A stretch of DNA of 64,000 nucleotides from Octopus vulgaris (lineage: Eukaryota). The stretch's first letter is position 1. Every line of letters begins with the position of its first letter. The position numbers were made by a program, and so were the translations under genes. This document shows, in pieces, positions 52,561-64,000 of the stretch. The stretch lies in assembly GCA_951406725.2 (NCBI GenBank), contig OX597842.1, forward strand, positions 992,001 through 1,056,000. Reading direction: 5' to 3'. The notes beneath the pieces were generated by a model. It did not search any database, was not told the DNA's origin, and saw only the letters and a list, made by a program, of their open reading frames with translations.

Positions 52561-52680
52561 ACATTTACAACACCTAGGTTTCCCAAGCAGTCACTGATTT
52601 AAGTAATAACTAGACTCGAAGTTGTTTAACTTCAGTGATTGGACGAGAACCGTTGTTTTCAAAGTGATGTGGTCATATGG
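52561..52680 (-). pseudogene. 5S rRNA pseudogene
   Basis: Reverse complement CCATATGACCACATCACTTTGAAAACAACGGTTCTCGTCCAATCACTGAAGTTAAACAACTTCGAG..TACTT..GTGACTGCTTGGGAAA..GTGTTGTA is colinear with metazoan 5S rRNA, with many transitions and CpG decay. Confidence 0.88.
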
Positions 52681-52894
52681 TCTCGTTATGTTTAATTAAA
52701 AAATCATTAATCTACCTAAGTTTTAACGTCATCTAGTTTGAAAATAGACACCTTGAGTAGCAATAGACCAGTCCCAGCATTCCTGTCACTTTTGGAATTT
52801 AGCTTGGAAATCATTTTCCAAATGTAAATCAAGGACCGTTTGTGATTCTCTCTGGGTCTTGACAACAGTGTTAAAATGGCGACCAAAATCAAAT

Positions 52895-53358
52895 TCGATG
52901 ACTGGCATCCATGCTAGTGGAGTACTAAGAGTACCATCCAAGCAAGATTGTTGCCAGAGCAACAAGCTGGCCTCCGTGTCTGTGGCATGTAAAAAGCACC
53001 ATTTGAGTGTAATAGTTACCCGCGTCGCCTTACTGGCACTTGTGTTGGTAGCACGTGAAAAAACATTCGAGCGAGGTTGTTGCCAGTGCCATTCGACTGG
53101 CTCCTGTGCAGGTGGCACATAAAAAGCACCATTTGAGCATGGCCATTGCTAGTACTGCCTGACTGTGCCCCGTGCCGGTGGCACTTAAAAGCACCCACTA
53201 CACTCTCGGAGTGGTTGGCACCAGGAAGGGCATCCAGCTGTAGAAACTGCTGGATCAAGATTGGAGCCTGGTGCAACCATCTGGTTTGCTAGACCTCAGT
53301 CAAATCGTCCAACCCATGCCAACATGGAAAGCGGACGTTAAACGATGATGATGATGAT
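52895..53358 (+). mobile_element. RTE-type 3' UTR copy with modular repeats
   Basis: Same start (GACTGGCATCC) as the 17085 copy; AGGAAGGGCATCCAGCTG..GGACGTTAAACGATGATG. Confidence 0.85.
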
Positions 53359-53359
53359 G

Positions 53360-53990
53360 TGTAGCATTTTCATCTTGGAGAAGAGATGGAAGCCTGCAGG
53401 TGATAAATCTGGTGAAGAGGGCCAGTACAGAAATGATACCATGTTGTGAGAATCTCGTGAATGGGGAAAGCTCGATAACAGGGTGCTTTGTCATCATGAA
53501 GAATTTAGTTCTTCACACTCCACAGATCCGGTACCTTTCACCAAACATCTTTCCTCAAACACTTCAAAACAGTAGAACTCTCAACTGGTGGTCTGACCAT
53601 GGAGGATTAATTCTCAATGCACAATGAGCATGCTGTTGATTGAGCTGTGACTCTGTCGTGTGCTCATGCCACTCGAATCCTTACGTACGACCCGTTGCCT
53701 CATTGCTTTAAGCTTGCTGAAGAATGCTCAATGTCTCTGTAGAAGACTTCTCAAGTTTAAAGCAAAATTTCCCATTGACTCTTTCTTCCAACTTCCTGTC
53801 CATGACAGAAATCACAGCATACACGAGATCACAAAAACACAAATTTCACAACTTGTGCAGTAAACACAGCAAAGTCACATGGTACACTGCCCCATGAAGC
53901 TCACTGATAGCTTTCATTGTGCACGCAACCATGTGCTGCCATCTGTTGGTGTGCTACAGAACCAGTTCAGGAACTTTTTGATACTCCTTG
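53360..53990 (-). mobile_element. Decayed mariner-like element
   Basis: Minus strand MDRKLEERVNGKFCFKLEKSSTET (mariner N-terminal HTH); matches 54717-54890 in inverted orientation. Confidence 0.7.
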
Positions 53991-54109
53991 TAGAAACTTA
54001 TGAAATGGTCCAAACACTTTTGATTGACACAGTTCTATATTTAAGAGATGAGGAATTATGTACATTATTTACATTTGATGGATATTCATCCTCATCTTGT
54101 TTGTTGTTA

Positions 54110-54153
54110 ACACAATGTTTCGGCTGACATACCCTCCAGCATTCATCAGGTGT
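54110..54153 (-). ncRNA. Decayed minimal hammerhead motif
   Basis: Minus strand ACAC-CTGATGA-A-TGCTG-(10 nt)-CAGCC-GAAA-CAT-T-GTGT. Confidence 0.55.
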
Positions 54154-54249
54154 CTTGGGGAAATTTCGAACCTGGGTTCTCATTCCTAAGGTATTTTTCA
54201 ATGTTATTATTGTTATTAATATTATTATTAGTAGTAGTAGTATTATTAT

Positions 54250-54712
54250 TCAAGTCACTACCTGGAATCGAACTTGGAATCTTGGGGTTAGTAGCCCATG
54301 TTCTTAACGACTACGCCATATGCCCATGACAAGTTGGTACTCTGTTGGTTATGACATCGAGGGTTCCAGTTGATCCGATCAAGAGAACAGCCTGTTCGTG
54401 AAATTAATGTGCAAATGGCTGAGCACTCCACGGACGTGTGCCCTTAAGGTAATTCTTGGGGAGATTCAGCGTGACACAGATGTGACAAGGCTGGCCCTTT
54501 GGAATACGGGTACAACAGAAACAGGAAGAAAGAGTGAGAGAAAGTTGTGGTGAAAGAGTACAGCAGGGTTCACCACAATCCCTTGCCGGAGCCTCATGGA
54601 GCTTTAGGTGTTTTTGCTTAATAAGCACTCACAACACCCAGTCTGGGAGTCAAAACCATGATCCTACGACCGCAAACCCGCTGCCCTAACCACTGGGCCA
54701 TTGCATCTCCAC
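54250..54712 (-). mobile_element. Two further tRNA-derived heads/SINEs
   Basis: Minus strand TGGCCCAGTGGTTAGGGCAGCGG..(54712-54330) and TGGCGTAGTCGTTAAG..AGTTCGATTCC followed by (TAA)n (54325-54250). Confidence 0.7.
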
Positions 54713-54716
54713 ACCC

Positions 54717-55510
54717 ATGACAGGAAGTTGGAACAAAGAGTCAATGTAAAATTTTGCATTAAACTTGGGAAGTCTTCTAAGCTTGTTTCAACAAGCTTAA
54801 GGCAATGAGGCACTGGGTCGTACGTAAGGATTCGAGTGGCATGAGCGCATGACAGAGTCACAGCTCAATCAACAGCATGCTCATTGATTGACTTGTATGA
54901 GCCGAGCATCTGCTTTCCGCAGGCAAAAGAGATCCAGGGATGGTAGAGGATGAAGTGAAAGGCGGTGAGCTGGCTGAGACGTTTGGACGCCGGGCGAAAT
55001 GCGTAGCCGTATTTCGTCTACCGTTACGTTCTGAGTTCAAATTCCGCCGAGGTCGACTTTGCCTATCATCCTTTCGGGGTCGATTAAATAAGTACCAGTT
55101 ACGCACTGGGGTCGATATAATCGACTTAATCCGTTTGTCTGTCCTTGTTTGTCTCCTCTGTGTTTAGCCCCTTGAGGGTAGTAAAGAAATAGGTAGAGGA
55201 TGAATTGAGAGATAATGAAATTGGTGGGAGACAGAAGGATGTCAGAACATGAGAACTGGTTGGAAAAATTCACAACTTTTTGGAAGAAAATTGTTGTGTG
55301 TGTATAAAGACAATAAGAATGGTTTGGAGTTGGTTTGCAAATGTACACAGAATTATTCATGGAGATCTGAACTTATGCAAAATTTGGGAAAAGTTGGTTC
55401 CGAGGATGCTCAGTGATAAGCATCCTGGTAACCAACTACTTGACAGAAATGGGAATCAAAATTTTCACAGTTCAGAATCTTAGTCCTGTAAGTTTTGGTC
55501 ATTCCCCAAG
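54717..55510 (+). mobile_element. Decayed mariner-like transposase fragments interrupted by SINE B (54961-55192)
   Basis: EQRVNVKFCIKLGKS and VHRIIHGDLNLCKIWEKLVPRMLS (WVP..L motif). Confidence 0.72.
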
Positions 55511-55539
55511 TCAAAAGAGGCCCATTGTGTTCATATATC

Positions 55540-55954
55540 ATCATTATCATCATCATCATCGTTTAACGTCCGTTCTCCATGCTAGCATGGGTTGGACGGT
55601 TCGACCGGGGATCTGGGAAGCCAGGAGGCTGCACCAGGCTCCAGTCTGATCTGGCAGTATTTCTACAGCTGGATGCCCTTCCTAACGCCAACCACTCCGT
55701 GAGTGTAGTGGGTGCTTTTTACGTGCCACCTGCACAGGTGCCAGGCGAGGCGAGCAACGGCCACGGTCGGATTGGTGTATTTTATGTGCCACCGGCACGG
55801 AAGCCAGACGAGGCGGAGCTGGCATCGGCCACGAGTCGGATAGTGCTTTTTACGCCACGAGTCGGATAGTGCTTTTTACGCAACGAGTCGGATAGTGCTT
55901 TTTATGTACCACCAGACCAGGGATCCTGGCTGGTTCAATTCGATTTCGATTTCG

Positions 55955-55957
<3 letters not shown>
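55540..55957 (-). mobile_element. RTE LINE 3' UTR copy
   Basis: Same tail as the other copies, with a 26-bp internal triplication ACGAGTCGGATAGTGCTTTTTA. Confidence 0.88.
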
Positions 55958-55992
<35 letters not shown>

Positions 55993-56642
55993 CAAACTGG
56001 GACAAGAACGTGAAACATTTAGAAGACGACACAAAAAAAACACGGACAGGACATTCGAAGCCTTCAATCTTCAGTCAAGAGCCGGATCATCTTCGCAATT
56101 TCGGCTGATTAATCTTGAGATTGCTCCGACCTGGCCAGCCCCAAAGGAAAATCTAAGCCAAGCGCATTAGATTCCTTGGAAGAAAGCCTCGAATGTATAC
56201 AAAACAAGGATGGAAAACGGACGATGTTACACGAATAAAAATACAAAAATACGTAAAAACAATAATGATAATAATAACAACAAAAACAGGACGTCACAGA
56301 CAAGCGTCTTTTCGACAGGACTAGTAAATTTTTTGAGACAATTTTTTGAGCTGACGTTAGAAGAAAGCCTTAAGGTTACAGAGAGACATATATATATATA
56401 TATATATATGTATATATTAAACAGTAAATAAAAAAAAACGAAGAACACAAGAAAAAAAAAAAGCAATGCAAGGACGTGGTACAAGCAAAGCATTAGCAGA
56501 TGCTCAGGCAAAGACAGAAAGGTGGTTTTACATTTCAAGCAAAGCTCTTCACCAGAAACAGGAGACAGAGGAAAGTCCAAGAGAAAAGGAAGACGGAGGA
56601 AAACAATTGCCAACAATTCACATGTGGTTACATTTTGAAAAA

Positions 56643-57060
56643 GGCGTAGGAGTGGCTGCGTGGCAAGTAACTTGCTTACCAACCGCATTGTTCCGGGTTC
56701 AGTCCCACTGCATGGCACCTTGGGAAAGTGTCTTCTACTATAGCCTCGGGCTGACCAAATCCTAGTGAGTAGATTTAGTAGATGGAAACTGAAAGAAGCC
56801 TGTCGTATATATGCACATATATATGTATATATATATGTATGTGTGTGTATATGTTTGTGTGTCTGTGTTTGTCCACAAAACATTGCTTGACAACCGATGC
56901 TGGTGTGTTTACATCCCCGTAACTTAGTGGTTCGGCAAAAGAGACCGATAGAATAAGTACTAGGTTTACAAAGAATAAGTCCTGGGGTCAATTTCCTTGA
57001 CTAAAGGCGGTGCTCCAGCATGGCTGCAGTCAAATGACTGAAACAAGTAAAAGAGTAAAA

Positions 57061-57062
<2 letters not shown>
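56643..57062 (+). mobile_element. SINE A
   Basis: Complete copy. Confidence 0.9.
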
Positions 57063-57103
<41 letters not shown>

Positions 57104-57396
57104 CAGGCAAAAACGTAGATATGTGGTATGAAGCTTCCTTTCCAACCACATGGTTCCAGGTTCAGTCCCACTATACAGCACCTTGTGTGAATGAATTTTG
57201 TAGACAGAAACTGAAAGAAGGGGCTTCTTTCAGTTTCCATCTGAAAGAAATCCCTTCTTGTATGCAATATTGTATATATATATGTGTGTGTGTGTGTGTT
57301 TGTCCCCCACCACTGACTGACAAAAGGTGTTGGTGTGTTCACATCCCTGTAACGTAGCAGTTCAGCAAGAAATACATTTAAAAAAAAAAAAAATTG

Positions 57397-58158
57397 GGCG
57401 CAGGAGTGGCTGCTAACCAACCACATGGTTCCAGGTTCAGTCCCACTGCGTGGCATCTTGGGCAAGTGTCTTCTGCTATAGCCCTGGGCCGACCAATGCC
57501 TTGTGAGTGGATTTGGTAGATGGAAACTGAAAGAAGCCTGTCGTATATATGTATATATATATATGTGTGTGTGTGTATGTTTGTGTTTGTCCCCCTAGCA
57601 TTGCTTGACAACCGATGCTGGTGTGTTTACGTCCCCGTCACTTAGCGGTTCGGCAAAAAAGAGACCGATAGAATAAGTACTGGGCTTACAAAGAATAAGT
57701 CCCGGGTCGATTTGCTCGACTAAAGGCGGTGCTCCAGCATGGCCACAGTCAAATGACTGAAACAAGTAAAAGAGTAAAAGAGTAAAAGAGAAAAGAGACC
57801 GATAGAATAAGTACTGGGCTTACAAAGAATAAGTCCCAGGGTCGATTTGCTTGACTAAAGGCGGTGCTCCAGCATGGCCACAGTCAAATGACTGAAACAA
57901 GTAAAAGAGAAAAGAGACCGATAGAATAAGTACTGGGCTTACAAAGAATAAGTCCCGGGGTCGATTTGCTCGACTAAAGGCGGTGCTCCAGCATGGCCAC
58001 AGTCAAATGACTGAAACAAGTAAAAGAGAAAAGAGACCGATAGAATAAGTACTGGGCTTACAAAGAATAAGTCCCGGGGTCGATTTGCTCGACTAAAGGC
58101 GGTGCTCCAGCATGGCTGCAGGCAAACGACTGAAACAAGTAAAAGAGTAAAGAGTAAA
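57397..58158 (+). mobile_element. SINE A with its ~120-bp tail module repeated four times
   Basis: AAAAGAGACCGATAGAATAAGTAC restarts at ~57657, 57791, 57910 and 58029. Confidence 0.92.
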
Positions 58159-58593
58159 CGAGTAATTCATATGACTAATAATTCTTCAAGGCAGTGCCCC
58201 AGCATGGCCACAGTCTAAAACAAGTAAAATGAAATAAAACCAAACAGCTGTGGAGATGAGAATCCAAAGTCCTGACATTTTCTTGGACTCCAGCGCCAAC
58301 CGCGATGCAAAACTTAATTGATAATGGTTACAAGTTATTGAAAGGATGTTACTTAAGCCACAAAGAAAATCGGTTCTTTGACCACAGGTCAATAGGGAGA
58401 ACCGTCATGCTTCAATGCACATACATTACCAACAGGCTGTATTTTATTTTCTTTATGCAGGTGTTGCCACCTTCTGGAATTATTTATAACGAAATGTATA
58501 GGTGTGTATATGTGTATGTGTTTGTATGTGTGTATGTGTGTGTTCACATACAGACGTGTGTACGCTCATTTATCTCTCTTTCTCTTTCTCCCT

Positions 58594-58638
<45 letters not shown>

Positions 58639-58681
58639 TGTATACACATATTTAAGAGCATATATAATGTTTTTATATTTG

Positions 58682-58727
<46 letters not shown>

Positions 58728-58818
58728 CGTTTGTGTATACATATATGTATATACGTGTAGTATGGGGGCTTAAAACCATAAGTATGTTTATATATATATA
58801 TGCATATAAGTACATATA

Positions 58819-58854
<36 letters not shown>

Positions 58855-59120
58855 GCCATATGTATATACATACATGTAGATAAATGTAAATGAAACTGTT
58901 CATGTATACACACACACACACATATAAGTATATTTATATGTCTATATCAGTATTTGTGTATGTATGTATGTATGTATGTATGTATCTATCTATGTGTGTC
59001 TGTATGTATGTATGTATATATACATATAAAAAGAGAGAGATACATATAAATATATGTATATATATATATGTATATATACACACACACACATATACATGTA
59101 TTTATATAACTGTGTTTGTA

Positions 59121-59170
<50 letters not shown>

Positions 59171-60326
59171 TACACATATATGCATCTATGTTTAAATATA
59201 CACCCACACACCACACATGCAAACACATACAAGATATCTTTCATATTCACACCCTACTCTACAGCAACCGCAACACGCAACAATTCTCACAACTCTCCAT
59301 TGTGATTTACCGTTTGTTCATTCTTATATTATTTGCTTACCATTATTCCTCATTCTTCATTCTTCTACTTCTTCTATTTACAAAACAAAAGACGGTTACA
59401 AAAGTTTTTGCCATTTTTCGCCACTGCTACACAGATCTGAAGAAAGTGCTGACATACGACCAGATTTATTTAGTTCACGCAGCACCGATACACACCTCAT
59501 AATGTGTTAAGTTAATTTACTCGCAACAAATGGCAATCGCTTTAGATTCTGTATCTGAAATGTGAAAGTGAAAGTAGAAAGTGAAAGTAGAACAGTATGG
59601 TAGGTCTTCTGTGTGTTCTTGCATTGGATGGAGATTATGAGAAGAGCAGCATTCATTTTGATAACAAATCTATCGAATGTCCTTTGATTTGATTACACTC
59701 GTTCTACCTGGCCACAATGCTTGTGTGTGGGGGTGAAAGCTGTGTGTGTAGGTGGAAGTTGTATGTATGTAGGTGGAAGTTGTGAGTGTATATGTGAGTG
59801 TATAGTATGTGTGCTTGTGTGTGGATGGATGTGAATGCATGTGTGTATATATGCATATGTATTATCTCGTTTATATTTATATGTGTATATAAATATATAG
59901 ACACATGAATAAACTAATTTGTAAACATATGCCCATGTATGCAACATGTGTGTGCATACATGTGTGTATGTGTCTGTAAATACATAAAAAGATACATGTG
60001 CGAGTTCTAGGATGGTGGTGTGTACATATATTTATATGCAAATATACAAATATACATATATATATATATACACGCATACACACACGTATATGTAGGTATG
60101 TATCTATGTATGTACCTAAACATAAACTTAGATCTACACATACATAAGTATGTGTGAGTGAGTTTGCATAAACATGTGTGTGTGTGTGTGCACATGTGTA
60201 AGCTTGTATAAGTAAATTGCTTGTGTGTCTGTGTATAGTATAGTGATTTATGAATATATATCTATGTATAGACACATGCAGATACATGCACACACATATA
60301 TAATGCATATACATTATAATACATAT

Positions 60327-60376
<50 letters not shown>

Positions 60377-60427
60377 GGTATATGTATATATGTAACTATC
60401 TCTCAATCTATATACCAATCTGTCTTC

Positions 60428-60459
<32 letters not shown>

Positions 60460-60741
60460 ACATATGTATCAACGTGTAAAAAGCAGCAAGTTAGTAGAAC
60501 AGGTAGCATGTTGAAACAAAATACTAAGCAGCATTTCATGCGGAGTCTTACGTTCTGAGTTCAAATCTCACTGAGGTAAACTTTGCCTTTCATCCCTTTC
60601 GAATCAATGAAACAAAGAACTAATCAAATCATGGGGTCAATGAAACATATATATAAGAGGGTGCCATGTAACTAGCACCCGTGAGTTGTATTTCTGGTTG
60701 TTGACAGTACCATGTAAATGGTACCCATGAATTGCAATCCT

Positions 60742-61085
60742 GGTGGTTGTTGTTGTTGTTGTTGTTGGTGGTGGTGGTCACCTCAAGCGCCTGAGGACAA
60801 CTCTCAGAAGCGCTAGAGCCACGGAAAGGAGACGAATTATCTCATCCATTGTAGCCCCTAGTTGGTGTATATAGCGTTCCACCATCAGGGCCAGACATCT
60901 TATCCAGAGATGTTCTGCAGATTCCACCTCCTCTTTACAGAATCTGCATTGATCTGTGTCACTGCATCCTGCCATGTTTTGCCACAGCGTGAGTGCCGGA
61001 TGATGACCACCACTACGGAAGCGTCTCATGTCTGTGAAGTCTGCCTTCGAGAGGACTGCTTTGGTTCTTTCATCTGGCTTCTTCG
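60742..61085 (-). mobile_element. I/Ingi-group LINE 3' end with (CAC)(CAA)n tail
   Basis: ORF 60778..61029: RFRSGGHHP and the CCHC knuckle CRFCKEEVESAEHLWIRC; the stop is followed directly by the simple-repeat tail. Confidence 0.75.
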
Positions 61086-61106
61086 TTTATCTCCCTCATT
61101 ACTTAA

Positions 61107-61150
<44 letters not shown>

Positions 61151-61689
61151 ATGTGTATGTGTGTCTTTGTGTCTGTATTTGTCCCCCCACCATTGCTTGA
61201 CAACCGATGCTGGTGTGTTTATGTCCCCGTAACCTAGTGGTTCGGCAAAAGAGACCAATAGAATAAGTACTAGGCTTACAAAGAATAATTCATGGAGTCG
61301 ATTTGTTCGACTAAAGGCGGTACTCCAGCATGGCCGCAGTCAAATGACTGAAACAAATAATATATATATATATATCAGCTGATATGCCTGTACATAGATA
61401 TGTGTGTGTATATGTCTCTGCCGATCTGTGTGTCAATGACTATATATTTATATACATGTGTGTGTGTGAGTGTATATACATATGAATTATGTGGATTAAT
61501 ACTTGGACACTGGTCAACAAATACTTCAACACACTACATGACCAATACCGGTAGAATATACACTTGGCAGATATCCAGCTGTATTGTACAGGGATGGTTG
61601 TACTGGGTGTATAGAGGTATAAAAGAGGTTACACATTCATTTTTATGTAGATATGTGTATATATGCACATGCTCATAAATTGTTTGTTT

Positions 61690-62625
61690 TGCTTGATTCA
61701 GTCATTTGACTGTGGCCATGCTGGAGCACCCCTGTTATATATTTCTTTTACTCTCTTATACGTGTTTCAGTCATTTGACTGTGGCCATGCCGGAGAACCG
61801 CCTTTAGTCGAGCAAATCAACCCCAGGACTTATTCTTTCTAAGCTTAGTACTTATTCTATCGGTCTCTTTTGCGAAACCACTAAGTTACATGGACGTAAA
61901 CACACCAGCATTGGTTGTCAAGTGATGCTGGGTGGACAAACACAACACACAAACATATACACACACATACATATATATACACATATACGATGGGCTTCTT
62001 TCAGTTTCCGTTTACCAAATCCACTCACAAGGCTTTGATCAGCCCAAGGCTATAGTAAAAGACACTTGCCCAATGTGCCATGCAGTGGGACTGAACCCGG
62101 AACCATGTGGTTGGAAAGCAAGCTACTTACCACACAGCTACTCCTGCGCCTATATATATGTATACTGTTTTGCTTGTTTCAGTCATTTGACTGTGGCCAT
62201 GCTGGAGCACTGCCTTTAGTCCAGCAAATCAACCCCAGGACTTATTCTTTGTAAGCCCAGTACTTATTCTATCGGTCTCTTTTCTCTTTTACTTGTTTCA
62301 GTCATTTGACTGCGGCCATGCTGGAGCACCGCCTTTAGTCGAGCAATTCGACCCAGGACTCTGTAAGCCTAGTACTTATTCTATCAGTCTTTTTTGCTTA
62401 ACCGCTAAGTTACGGGGACGTAAACACACCAACATCAGTTGTCAAGCGATGCTGCAGGGACAAACACAGACACACAAACATTTACACACACATATATACA
62501 TATATACATACACATATACAGATGATGGCTTCTTTCAGTTTCTGTCTACCAAATCCACTCATAAGGCTTTGGTTGGCCCGAGGTTATAGTAGAAGACATA
62601 CCTAGGGTGTCACACAATGGGACAG
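61690..62625 (-). mobile_element. Cluster of SINE A copies with duplicated tails
   Basis: Tail TTTCAGTCATTTGACTG at ~61697, 61765, 62177 and 62296. Confidence 0.85.
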
Positions 62626-63061
62626 CATCTTACTGCTTTTACAGTGCTTTCAAAGCTTTGAGTCGCAGTCATAATGTTGATATATTTTAATACTCAGCAG
62701 AAATCATCACGATACAGGTAACTCTTTCCTAGGCAAGTTTCTTCTACTTTAGCCTCAGGATGACCAAAGCCTTGTCAATGGAGTTGGTAGATGGAAACTG
62801 AAAGAAGCCCATCATATATATGTATATGTGTATATGTTTATTTGTCTGTGTTTGTCCCCCCCCCCACCGACATCACTTGACAAGCAATGCTAGTGTGTTT
62901 ATGTCCCTGTAACTTAGCAGTTCAGCAAAAGAGACCAATAGAATAAGTACTAGGCTTACAAAGATTAAGTCCTCAGGTCGATTTGCTCGACTAAAGGCGG
63001 TACTCCAGCATGGCCACAGTCAAATGACTGAAACACGTAAAAGAGTTAAAAAGAGTAAAAG

Positions 63062-63106
63062 AATATATATAAATTTGTGTGTGTTAGTATGTATGTATAT
63101 ATAAAA

Positions 63107-63159
<53 letters not shown>

Positions 63160-63356
63160 TTTGTGTGTGTGTATGTATGTATGTATATACATATATGTAT
63201 ATATGTATATACATATGTACATGTATACATATATATATATATATATATATATATGTGTATATACATACATACATATATATATGTACATATATATATGTAC
63301 ATATATATATGCATATACATATATATATGTACATATATATATGTGTATATACATAC

Positions 63357-63387
<31 letters not shown>

Positions 63388-63534
63388 CATATATATATAT
63401 ATATGTACATATATATATGTATATACATATATATATGTACATATATATATGTGTATATACATACATTCATATATATATGTACATATATATATGTATATAC
63501 ATATATATATGTACATATATATATGTGTATATAC

Positions 63535-63565
<31 letters not shown>

Positions 63566-63682
63566 CATACATATATATATATGTATATATATATATGTAT
63601 ATACACATATATATACACATATATATATATATATATATATACGTATATACATATATACATATATGTATGTATGTATATGTGT
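63062..63682. repeat. TA/CA/TG compound microsatellite with higher-order units
   Basis: Directly visible. Confidence 0.95.
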
Positions 63683-64000
63683 CTGTTCATTCATGCTTTG
63701 GGTTTTTTATGTGGCCTGACCTGACAAAGCTATTTAAAAATCATATTTTTTCTCCTGATGAGATAGATAACTCATCACACTTATATTTATTAGACATATT
63801 CGTTAATTATTAATTACATAATCTCATAAGTCATGATGTTTTTATTCCATTAAAATAGCTGTCAGAAATAATCACGTTATGAATCTTGTGTAAAAATTTA
63901 TACTTTTTGCAAATTAACATTCTACATTCCATTGATCTCAACCAAAGTCTAAGCCAATTCTATACACACATGCAAGAGTATGTGTATAGTCTAGTAATAG

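Noticed and set aside
57657-58158. CRISPR-like regular repeats
   Set aside because: The units are contiguous duplications of the SINE A tail without unique spacers; no cas genes; eukaryotic context.
63750-63870. Hammerhead-like CTGATGA..AAATAGCTGTC
   Set aside because: GAAA core and stem I are mutated; counted only as a possible decayed copy.

Overview
AT-rich, repeat-saturated eukaryotic DNA, intergenic or deep intronic. The (TA)n/(CA)n/(GATA)n/(GAT)n load and the tRNA-derived SINE families resemble an octopod cephalopod genome (inference; not checked by search). No complete host gene is visible, and almost all ORFs in the supplied track are microsatellite or SINE artefacts. Recognisable content: (1) a 5'-truncated RTE-clade LINE with an uninterrupted ~800-codon ORF whose reverse transcriptase carries a C4HC3 PHD-type finger between RT subdomains 6 and 7; (2) remnants of RLE-type (R4/Dong-like), Rex3-like, CR1/L2-like and I/Ingi-like LINEs; (3) two 566-bp mariner deletion derivatives, a Helitron with both termini, a Helentron-type non-autonomous element, a probable solo LTR and a decayed 5S rRNA copy; (4) dozens of copies of two SINEs, here called A and B. 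The main hidden signal is about ten type I hammerhead-ribozyme motifs, read by eye, from several unrelated short repeat families. Most have palindromic stem III, several have very long stem II, and they sit next to (TA)n tracts or inside long fold-back palindromes, as expected for Penelope-like-element terminal repeats. Also notable are repeated insertion of SINE B at one site inside SINE A and a ~137-bp direct repeat bracketing one SINE A. Coordinates were counted manually and may be off by a few bases.
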